Shown here one piece after another: positions 17,055 to 24,489 of a stretch of DNA of 24,489 bases. The position numbers and the translations under genes were made by a program. This stretch comes from Promethearchaeota archaeon (GTDB taxonomy: Archaea > Asgardarchaeota > Lokiarchaeia > Sigyniarchaeales > SOKP01). Positions within the stretch are counted from its first letter, which is position 1. Every line of letters begins with the position of its first letter. The DNA is taken from the NCBI GenBank assembly GCA_048938025.1, contig JBHLMP010000052.1, positions 1 through 24,489 on the forward strand. Reading direction: 5' to 3'. The notes beneath the pieces were generated by a model, which was not told the origin of the DNA, did not search any database, and worked only from the letters and a program-made list of their open reading frames with translations.

Positions 17055-20000
17055 CTATATCTTTCGCTCTCTGGAAGGTATTAATATCCGTTTCTCAATA
17101 AGATTTTCAAGAGCATCTATTATTATATCTTGATTTTTTTCATAAACGTTTCTTATAGCATTTTCTAAATAAAATTCTTCTTGTTCGCTTGTCTTAGTTA
17201 TAGAGATAATTACATTGAGAAGTCGTAATTCCATTTTAGATAACTGTTTTTCTTTTTTAAGGTCATTAATATTTTTATTTCTGTTTAATTTAAATGGATC
17301 TCTATAATATGATTCAAAATATTGATCTAAAAGAGGAGGCATAAGTTTATTAAATCTTTTTAACTCACCATTCCAATTTTCATATTTGTCAGAAAAAGAT
17401 GAATCAATTTCCATTAGTAGTTTTACTGTTTGATCTTTAAATCTCTCAGATGCTTTTTCTTTTAAAATGAAAATTAATCGTATCGCCTTATAATCACTAA
17501 TCATGAAATTGAAATGTTTGAAGTCTAATTCGATAATTTGTTCAATACCTTCTGGAGATTTTGATTTAATCGAAATTCTATTTGATTCTTCTTTATCTAC
17601 AATCTGGGTACCCATCATTATAATTGCTTGAGAAAAACTTGAGAGTAAATCATCTTCATATTCTTGTAAGAAATTATAATCTTTTGAATAAAAATTTATT
17701 CCACTAAATCGATTTGAAAGAATTATTGCTTCTATATTCATAATATCTTTATAACGCTGAGTTTTTGCAAATAGAGCAGATTCCTTTTTCCTTTTTGATG
17801 GTAGAATTACATAGCTCCTTAACGTTAAAATTCCTAATATACTCATACCAATCAAACCTGCTGATATAACAAACCAAATTACATAATTCGGTCGCTCTCT
17901 CGCTTTAATTGAAATAATAAAAGAAAATTCTTTTGGTTCATAAATTGAACCTTCTTTTGAAATAAGTAACGTCATTATATGACTTCCTGGGATGGTTCCA
18001 GATAATTTTAGCTCTAATTCATAGGTTCCATTACCAATGTAATCAAAATATCCTTTTCCAAATTCCCAAGTGTAGAATATAGATGCATTTTCAATATAGA
18101 GTTCAGTTCCATTTTCTGTTAAATTAATCTTTATCATGATCGTGTCTCCAACAAAAGCACCTATAGAATCGTCAAAATCGATTGTATTAACCTTAATCTT
18201 AATACGACTAATTGTTATTATTATACTTTTGTAAGCTGTTTCAAATCCTGGTTTCTCTAATTTAATTATTGGTGTATAAGTCTCTATAGAAAGATTAACA
18301 GTATCAAGGTGTACAACAAACCCTTGACTATCAGACATTATATTGTATACACTCGGCCAATCAACACTACAATTAGCTCCAAGAATCAAAAATTCTGAAC
18401 CCTCCTCAGTATAATTAACTTTAACATCGACTGATTCACCCAAATTAACGACAAAAATTGACTGATTCACCCCTATACTTGTTTGTATCGGGTGAACGGT
18501 TAAAGTTATAAAGCAAGTAGTATTTCCATAAAAAATTTTGCTTGCGAAAACTGTAACGGTATAAGTCTCAATAATCCCCTGAGCTGGAAGTTCCCACGTT
18601 GAAAAGTTAAGTGTGAACGTACCATTATAATGATCTATAACTGTATAATTTTGCCAATCAGTACTCAAATTTGCAGGCCAAATTGGAATATCGGATATAG
18701 CTCCTGTAAGATTCACTTGAAATATAGCATAATTATTACCCATTGCATTAATAACTGTATTAGGTCCTTCTAATTTTAAGGGTTCGCTGAGAATTTTCAA
18801 ATGAATTAGATTAATTTTTGTTTGATTTTGATAAAATGTTTTAGTAGCATTAAATGAAAAATAATAATCCCCTAACTCTAAAGAACTAGTGTCCATATCA
18901 ATAAAATAAATTCCACCCCCAAGGTAAACCATAGTTCCAGATTGCCCAAATGTTGAATTATAAGTAATCGTGGCAATTTCAATTGAAGAATTGAAATCTA
19001 AATCTGTAAATTTTACTTTAATTAAAGCAGGTTCTCCTGAAATTTTTTCTAGATGTGAATCTACTGCACTCAGATTCGTGTGGTGCCATACCATAAAATT
19101 GAGTTCATCATACCCCACTTTATCTCTCATTAAATAATTCTCGTTATTTGTCCATATTATTATGATTTTATAAATTCCCACCGACATATTATAACCAACT
19201 GTAAAGGTGCCGAAATTTACATCATGAGCAGTAGGCTCTTTACTTTCATGATAGAGTATTGAATTGTCAGGGTAATATATAGTAAAATTTATTTTAGTGT
19301 TGCTTAGAGAAAGTGAGTTATTAAGAGTAACATTCACTTTATAAATATCGCTAAATGTTAATTTTGTATCTTCTATAAATTGCGAATTGTTCCAAATAAG
19401 AAAATTAGTTTTACAAATACAATTTTGACTTATAGCTTTAAGTTTCCATAGCCCAAATCCGAAGATATTAGATGGAATTATCAAACTTTCAGAACCAAAT
19501 CCCGCTCCTGTGCAATTTGCAACATGATTAATATCATATAGATCTGTGACCTCCTGTATTATCCAATCTGCAGGTTTTTTTATTAATCCCCAACTATTAA
19601 AATATCCAAAAGGAATAGACACTATAAATTCAGAATTCCAAGTTATGTTTAAACCCATGGAATAAGAACATCCTTCTAAATGAAATATTGTTGAATTGTA
19701 TAATTTTACCACATCTGATTCAATAGTAATGTTATTAATAGCAGAATCGAGAGCTCCTGTTACATTGTTATAAATTGTAAAGACTACATCTTGAGTGAGA
19801 TTACGCGACCTGTCAATTTGTATGAACGAATACCCCGATCCATATGATGTATTCGTATAAGTATAATTAGCTGGAAATTCAACATCATAGGCGTAAACTA
19901 AATTTTTAGCATTAGGCATGGTCCAGAGATCCAATTTAATATTATCAAACGATATATAAGCAGGCTGTCCTGTAATAAGAAAAGTGGTATCTGTATAAAG

Positions 20001-20765
20001 TCCAACCCTAACAGTCATAATTCCCGGCGAGATTTGTCCATATGCTTTCGGATCATAAATCATATTAAGTGACTGCCACGAATCCTGTGCGATATAGCTA
20101 TCATCATAGGTTATGTTCTTTTCAATATCGCCAATGATCACTGCTAAATAAACATTGACCCCCGTAGGCAGGTATCCCGTATAATAATAATTTGTTGATA
20201 ATACAGTAGTTCTTCCAGAAGCCAATTCATCATTTAAGGTTATATTTTGTTCGTAATATCCAAAATCACCTTCAAAACTTGTTACTCCAGAAGTTAGTTT
20301 CATCTTTACATCTCCAGGAGGATTTCCTTCAGCTGATTGCCATCCATTGTTTACATATTTAGTAGGAACATTGCTCTTATAAGTCCACCCGTCAGCATTT
20401 GAAAGAAAATCACCATTGGAAATACTCTGATTCTTTATTGAGACCCCTTCATATCTAATCGTCACATTTTTCGAGATCCAATCCTTATAAAGAGGGAAAC
20501 TGACATTAGTAGGTAAAGTTTTATCCAAAAAACTATTAGAAGCTTTAGAAATGTGTTCAATTAATAATGGTTTACCATTTGGTTCATTTGAACTTAATTT
20601 AGGTTTACATAATTCATTACATTCATTAAATTGGTCAATTTCACTCTTTTTTTTAACGTCTGAGTTATCATTAAAAATTGGATTGAGATTAAAAGATAAA
20701 ATTTGATTTAAGAAAATTAAGAATAATAAAAGAACTACTTTTTGTTTTTTATTTTTTCTGATAAT
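17055..20765 (-). CDS. Large single-pass surface protein (~1236 aa) with a putative cytoplasmic longin-like domain
   Basis: The frame is open 79 codons upstream of the TTG at 20528, to ATT/ATC at 20765/20762, giving a signal peptide IIRKNKKQKVVLLLFLIFLNQILSF. Ectodomain is beta-rich with many N-x-S/T sequons. TM helix YVIWFVISAGLIGMSILGILTL precedes a ~245-aa cytoplasmic tail. Confidence 0.8.
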   Translation of the reverse strand: MIRKNKKQKVVLLLFLIFLNQILSFNLNPIFNDNSDVKKKSEIDQFNECNELCKPKLSSNEPNGKPLLIEHISKASNSFLDKTLPTNVSFPLYKDWISKNVTIRYEGVSIKNQSISNGDFLSNADGWTYKSNVPTKYVNNGWQSAEGNPPGDVKMKLTSGVTSFEGDFGYYEQNITLNDELASGRTTVLSTNYYYTGYLPTGVNVYLAVIIGDIEKNITYDDSYIAQDSWQSLNMIYDPKAYGQISPGIMTVRVGLYTDTTFLITGQPAYISFDNIKLDLWTMPNAKNLVYAYDVEFPANYTYTNTSYGSGYSFIQIDRSRNLTQDVVFTIYNNVTGALDSAINNITIESDVVKLYNSTIFHLEGCSYSMGLNITWNSEFIVSIPFGYFNSWGLIKKPADWIIQEVTDLYDINHVANCTGAGFGSESLIIPSNIFGFGLWKLKAISQNCICKTNFLIWNNSQFIEDTKLTFSDIYKVNVTLNNSLSLSNTKINFTIYYPDNSILYHESKEPTAHDVNFGTFTVGYNMSVGIYKIIIIWTNNENYLMRDKVGYDELNFMVWHHTNLSAVDSHLEKISGEPALIKVKFTDLDFNSSIEIATITYNSTFGQSGTMVYLGGGIYFIDMDTSSLELGDYYFSFNATKTFYQNQTKINLIHLKILSEPLKLEGPNTVINAMGNNYAIFQVNLTGAISDIPIWPANLSTDWQNYTVIDHYNGTFTLNFSTWELPAQGIIETYTVTVFASKIFYGNTTCFITLTVHPIQTSIGVNQSIFVVNLGESVDVKVNYTEEGSEFLILGANCSVDWPSVYNIMSDSQGFVVHLDTVNLSIETYTPIIKLEKPGFETAYKSIIITISRIKIKVNTIDFDDSIGAFVGDTIMIKINLTENGTELYIENASIFYTWEFGKGYFDYIGNGTYELELKLSGTIPGSHIMTLLISKEGSIYEPKEFSFIISIKARERPNYVIWFVISAGLIGMSILGILTLRSYVILPSKRKKESALFAKTQRYKDIMNIEAIILSNRFSGINFYSKDYNFLQEYEDDLLSSFSQAIIMMGTQIVDKEESNRISIKSKSPEGIEQIIELDFKHFNFMISDYKAIRLIFILKEKASERFKDQTVKLLMEIDSSFSDKYENWNGELKRFNKLMPPLLDQYFESYYRDPFKLNRNKNINDLKKEKQLSKMELRLLNVIISITKTSEQEEFYLENAIRNVYEKNQDIIIDALENLIEKRILIPSRERKI

Positions 20766-21036
20766 TTAACACACCATCTCTATTTTAGTCAAGTAAATCC
20801 TTAGCAACTGTGAGAAAAGACTTTCTGACAATGAAATATTTTAGAAATGAACCACTATATTACCCTTAACATGTCCAATTCGAGATAAATACTCCTATCC
20901 TTTTATTGTCAATTTAAATATTTAATGAAAAAACGGATTTTTAAATGTATAGGTTTAAGGAAAGTTATCCCCACCTATAATATTAACTTCAAATCGTTAG
21001 TAATCGATTTTTATTGATGAGATAATTTTACTTAAA

Positions 21037-21816
21037 CTATAAAGTGTTTTGTATAAGTTTGTGTAAAAAATAACCTATACCTAAATAACTAATTTCTATT
21101 GATTTTTCCTTTTTATCATCAGGATTAGGATAAAGGTTAACCGCAGAAATTTTTTCTAATTTTTGAATGAATCCATTTATAGCACCCCGCGATATAGTAG
21201 AATTTCGTCTTGTTTCCAATGCTTCTTTGATATCTTCTAAAGAACCATACTTTTTCCGATTGGTTAATAATGGATTCTCATTGAAAGATAAATTTGATTG
21301 AAAAAATTTGGTATAGACTTGATAATCACCAAAAAAAAGCTCTAAAAATTCAAATTGCTTCTCTGTTAAAGATGGAAATGGAACGGTGATTAATTCTATG
21401 TTAGAGTATATCCCCACTTCTTCATTCTTCTCATAAATAAAATCTCCATGAATGATACGAGTATTCGTAATGGAACATGCACTATAAAACCAAATATCCA
21501 TATACCGTAATCCTCCCGAGATATTTACTATGATATTATCAAATCCGTTGAGTTTTTGTTGGTAAATAAGATGAATTAATTCTGCAATGGGTTTTGTTTG
21601 GATGTGAAAATCGAATTTCGCATTCTCAACCTCAACCCGCCGTTCTTTATAATACCTATTTAACTCATCCAATACTTTTATAGCTTCAAGTGTTCCTGGA
21701 AGTGGTTGTCGCTCAGTTATGAAAATCACTTTATGAACGACTTCTTTATCAATGGAAAATATCAATTTTGAAGATGTATGCCCCACTAAAATAAGTTGAC
21801 AATACTTTTCAATCAT
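21037..21816 (-). CDS. CARF-domain + winged-helix protein (Csa3/DUF6293-like transcriptional regulator)
   Basis: N-terminal strand LILVGHT, CARF motif IIVNISGGLRYM, linker PFPSLTEKQ, C-terminal ISRGAINGFIQKLEK...IEISYLG wHTH-like segment. Confidence 0.75.
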   Translation of the reverse strand: MIEKYCQLILVGHTSSKLIFSIDKEVVHKVIFITERQPLPGTLEAIKVLDELNRYYKERRVEVENAKFDFHIQTKPIAELIHLIYQQKLNGFDNIIVNISGGLRYMDIWFYSACSITNTRIIHGDFIYEKNEEVGIYSNIELITVPFPSLTEKQFEFLELFFGDYQVYTKFFQSNLSFNENPLLTNRKKYGSLEDIKEALETRRNSTISRGAINGFIQKLEKISAVNLYPNPDDKKEKSIEISYLGIGYFLHKLIQNTL

Positions 21817-21916
21817 TTCGAATCTTCCTATATTACTAATTACATTACAAATTAATAAATTAGTTCTTTGTTTATAGTCAAAATTACTTCTCTATAAATA
21901 TATATATTATTTAGAA

Positions 21917-21967
21917 TACATGATCACAAAAAGATATATAAATGAAGACAGTTATTATGATCATGTA
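21917..21967. promoter_or_regulatory. BRE/TATA-like element flanked by a 10-bp inverted repeat (candidate operator)
   Basis: TACATGATCA (21917-26) and TGATCATGTA (21958-67) enclose AAAAAGA-TATATAAA (TATA at 21935-42). Confidence 0.55.
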
Positions 21968-21987
21968 ATTTTTAATTTTTCATATGG

Positions 21988-22157
21988 GGAAGAGAAAAAA
22001 ATAGGGTGAAAACCATGACCTCTCACTACCAAAAGGCAACCTTACTTTAGAAGGGGTATCCCTAATTGTGGGAGACTCCTTTTTCACCCTAGGGGGAGGG
22101 AGTTAGAGACTCATGGCTGATCTCAAGCCTATGCTTGCCCTATTTTCATTTCTTTCC
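21988..22157. ncRNA. Candidate structured ncRNA or cis-regulatory RNA (strand unresolved)
   Basis: About 45% GC (76/170) in AT-rich intergenic DNA, with nested helices plus an alternative perfect 11-bp helix (22002-12/22081-91). Confidence 0.55.
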
Positions 22158-22272
22158 TAATAACATCTACAAAAATATGGTGATAAAAAAAATGGGGAGC
22201 GCATTTGGTATAGTAGCAATAATTTTTGGTTCGATTAGAATGGAATTGATTAAAAAAGAAAGAGACAAATTA

Positions 22273-22782
22273 TCACTTATGAGGAATTATAACAAAATAA
22301 GAACCGCTTTCAACATTCTTACGGAGTTTCATTAAACTAATACCTAATCCATAACAAAAAAGTTTCTCATTAGGAATAATTTTTATAAAAACTGCTTCTT
22401 CTTCCTTATTACTTACTTGTTTTAAATTCATTTTTAGAATCTTAAGGCCAGTTTTAAATGATTCTTGAGCCTCTTTATCATTAAAAGGTACGATTTGTGC
22501 GATGCCTTGGAATTGAACACAAGATGCAGGAGCAAACCTTAAAATATGATGAGGAAAAGGTATTACAAATGAAACAGAATTGTTAACTTCTATATTTTTA
22601 ACCTTCTTATAATTTCTATCTGTTAGGATATATAAAGTAAATTCTAAATTAGAAGGAGCTACTCCATATACAATTCCAGTGGAATGAGAATGACCGTTTT
22701 GATCAATTGTGCTAATTATTCCAAATGATTTCTTTCTAATTTCCCTCTCAACAAAATCAAATGTTAAATCTCTTTTAACCAT
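22273..22782 (-). CDS. Pyridoxamine 5'-phosphate oxidase-like (split-barrel flavin-binding) protein
   Basis: FGIISTIDQNGHSHS, YILTDRNYKKVKNIEVNNSVSF and VQFQGIAQIV patterns. Confidence 0.85.
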   Translation of the reverse strand: MVKRDLTFDFVEREIRKKSFGIISTIDQNGHSHSTGIVYGVAPSNLEFTLYILTDRNYKKVKNIEVNNSVSFVIPFPHHILRFAPASCVQFQGIAQIVPFNDKEAQESFKTGLKILKMNLKQVSNKEEEAVFIKIIPNEKLFCYGLGISLMKLRKNVESGSYFVIIPHK

Positions 22783-22960
22783 AATATTTACCTATTTTTA
22801 TTCTACTAATAATAAATTAAAGTAATATTTAAAGTACTATCCAGTACAAATATTTCTATTCATATTTAGAAAAGTAATGAGTAATCTTATACAGAAAGAA
22901 AAAACATTCAAATAGCTATTGAAAAAATAGAAACTATTGATTAGCACAAGTACAAACGAT

Positions 22961-22997
22961 GCCCCTTAACCCTTTCTAATTAAGGAGCAATTGCTCC
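22961..22997 (-). terminator. Hairpin/palindrome in the 3' UTR of the Rab-like gene
   Basis: Minus-strand GCTCCTTAA/TTAAGGGGC stem (one G-U pair) overlaps the perfect 14-bp palindrome GGAGCAATTGCTCC (22984-97), ~10 nt after the stop. Confidence 0.35.
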
Positions 22998-23006
22998 CCT
23001 CAATTT

Positions 23007-23549
23007 TTACCTAACAAGAACTTCAGTTTTCTTGATTCCATTTCCATTTAACATTATCCTTGTTAATAGATCAAAGGATTTTGAAACATTCTCACCAGTT
23101 TTGCTGGAACATTCAAAAAATTCGTTCAGATCCATCATTTTAGCAACTCTCTGTCCTTCTCTGTAGGTGATTTCTCTATACTCATCTAAATCAGATTTAG
23201 CACCAAGTAAAATAATTGGAAATTTTTGGGTCGTTCCATTTATTACTGATAACCAATCACTAATATGAGAAAAAGAACTGTAATCTGTTATATCATACAT
23301 TAAAACCCCACCCATAGCACCATAAATATACTGAGGAAATATGAAACGAAATCGTTCCTCACCCGCAAAGTCCCAGATCATTAACTTTATTACCAGACCA
23401 TCCATTTTTAAAACTTTAGTATCAAAATCCACCCCAATTGTCTTACTCGAATCTGAGATAAATATATTTGTCATGAATCTCTTTCTTAATGTGGTCTTAC
23501 CACAACCAGCATCTCCGAAAATAACTACTTTGAAAAGTACATCATACAT
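23007..23549 (-). CDS. Rab-like small GTPase (Ras superfamily, Asgard type)
   Basis: G1 GDAGCGKT, G2 TIGVDF, G3 WDFAGEE, G4 GAKSD, G5 SSK; no C-terminal Cys for prenylation. Confidence 0.92.
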   Translation of the reverse strand: MYDVLFKVVIFGDAGCGKTTLRKRFMTNIFISDSSKTIGVDFDTKVLKMDGLVIKLMIWDFAGEERFRFIFPQYIYGAMGGVLMYDITDYSSFSHISDWLSVINGTTQKFPIILLGAKSDLDEYREITYREGQRVAKMMDLNEFFECSSKTGENVSKSFDLLTRIMLNGNGIKKTEVLVR

Positions 23550-23587
23550 GGCAATCCTACCTAATCTATTTATTACTTCTTAGTCTC

Positions 23588-23609
23588 ATTACTCTATAGG
23601 GACTATAGA
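23588..23609 (-). promoter_or_regulatory. Conserved 22-nt leader motif, copy C
   Basis: + strand ATTACTCTATAGGGACTATAGA; coding-strand hairpin TCTATAG-TCC-CTATAGA. Confidence 0.45.
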
Positions 23610-23944
23610 TACTAAAGGTGTAATATTTCTATTACACACCAACCCACAACCCGTCTCCTAACTATTGTATAAAAATGCACTTCTTATTTTATACAAATGC
23701 AATGATAAACATATTAAAACTATTATTTAAATCTTTCTTGGTGTGTTAGCCAGTATTAGACTTTTTTCCCAAAAATTAATGGAAAATTGCGCTATCGCAA
23801 GAATCTTCACTGTTTTTCCTTTTTGTCGCATGAATTAAGGGAAAATGATTTACGAGATCCTTCATTTCCAAACTTGTATATTTCAACACATACTAGTAAT
23901 TTGAGAATTAAGCTAATTTCATCACTCATTAATAAAGGAATCTA

Positions 23945-24069
23945 TAAACTATAAATTGTTTTGTATAAGTTTATGTAGAAAATATCCAATACCTAAATAA
24001 CTTATTTTGATTGATTTTTCTTTTTTATCATCAAGATTAGGATAAAGGTTAATCGCAGAAATTTTTTCT
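23945..24069 (-). pseudogene. 3'-terminal fragment of a second CARF-wHTH gene copy
   Basis: Ungapped match to 21033-21157 with 11 differences (7 synonymous); EKISAINLYPNLDDKKEKSIKISYLGIGYFLHKLIQNNL*. Confidence 0.9.
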
Positions 24070-24163
24070 CTAGAAACCAAAGAATATAATATGATGAACA
24101 TTATTATACCAAGTAGTAAGAAACAGTTATTCGATAAAAAAATTCACATTTTGAGTTGTTATT

Positions 24164-24489
24164 ATGGAGTTTGAGAACGAACATAAAGATCAACTGGAAA
24201 AGGAAAAGTTAGAAAAAGAAGCACTTGAAAATGAAAGACTAGAAAGAGAAAGAATCGAAAAAGAAAGAATTGAAAAGCAGAAAATGGAAAATAAATTATA
24301 TCCCAATTACTCGCTTTTCATGATCCCTAGCTGGAGTGATTTATTAGGTTATCCCACGTTAGGAACCTATGTTCATCATCCTGTCTCAAATATAGAAACA
24401 GATGCCGTTATTTTTTTTAGTAGTTATGATTATTCAATTGAAACCACAAAAGGAACACTTCATTACTTATTTGGCTTAGGATATTATTT
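24164..24489 (+). CDS. Hypothetical protein, 3'-truncated by the window edge, with N-terminal charged pentapeptide repeats
   Basis: MEFENEHKDQ-LEKEK-LEKEA-LENER-LERER-IEKER-IEKQK-MENKLYPNYSLFMIPSWSDLLGYP...; open to the window end. Confidence 0.75.
   Translation, partial: MEFENEHKDQLEKEKLEKEALENERLERERIEKERIEKQKMENKLYPNYSLFMIPSWSDLLGYPTLGTYVHHPVSNIETDAVIFFSSYDYSIETTKGTLHYLFGLGYY

Noticed and set aside
22013-22116. SECIS element (ATGA in a long stem)
   Set aside because: The ATGA is Watson-Crick paired with TCAT rather than forming tandem G-A pairs, and no UGA-containing selenoprotein gene is adjacent.
22135-22335. 66-aa + strand ORF
   Set aside because: Overlaps both the structured element and the convergent PNPOx-like gene. 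Only the piece from ATG 22192 (MGSAFGIVAIIFGSI, with a GGTGA SD) might be a membrane-protein relic, which I cannot support further.
23341-23583. 80-aa + strand ORF
   Set aside because: Antisense shadow of the Rab-like GTPase.
1-24489. CRISPR array or diversity-generating retroelement as an explanation for the repeats
   Set aside because: No regularly spaced repeat-spacer units and no reverse transcriptase. Differences between repeat copies are not adenine-specific; where counted they are mostly synonymous.

Overview
AT-rich (roughly 30% GC by eye) archaeal window, very likely an Asgard archaeon (Lokiarchaeia/Promethearchaeota). It carries a Rab-like GTPase without a prenylation motif, a FAM92/CIBAR-like BAR-domain protein and a large single-pass surface protein with a longin-like cytoplasmic domain. 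The rest is a mixed-orientation patchwork of accessory genes: an acyl-CoA-ligase-like fusion, a heterodimeric ABC exporter, an ATP-grasp protein, RNase HI, ferredoxin, hemerythrin, three flavodoxin-fold proteins, a secreted hydrolase, a CARF/Csa3-like regulator and a PNPOx-like protein. Three small Zn-binding ORFs and one edge-truncated ORF are missing from the supplied track. The intergenic DNA holds the most unusual signals. (i) Three co-oriented relics of the GC-rich rnhA gene share a common core, sit at gene junctions, and partly show the synonymous-biased divergence of other functional alleles. Together with an 80-bp direct repeat, two of them bracket the hydrolase gene like a cassette. 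(ii) A ~170-nt GC-rich, multi-helix element with two mutually exclusive folds lies next to the CARF-HTH gene, behind a TATA box flanked by a 10-bp inverted repeat. (iii) A 22-nt hairpin-like leader motif is shared by two Zn-finger paralogs and the Rab gene. (iv) There are further relics of NYN, LLM-oxidoreductase and CARF genes. No tRNA, rRNA, CRISPR array, integrase or transposase was recognised. All alignments, counts and folds were done by eye.
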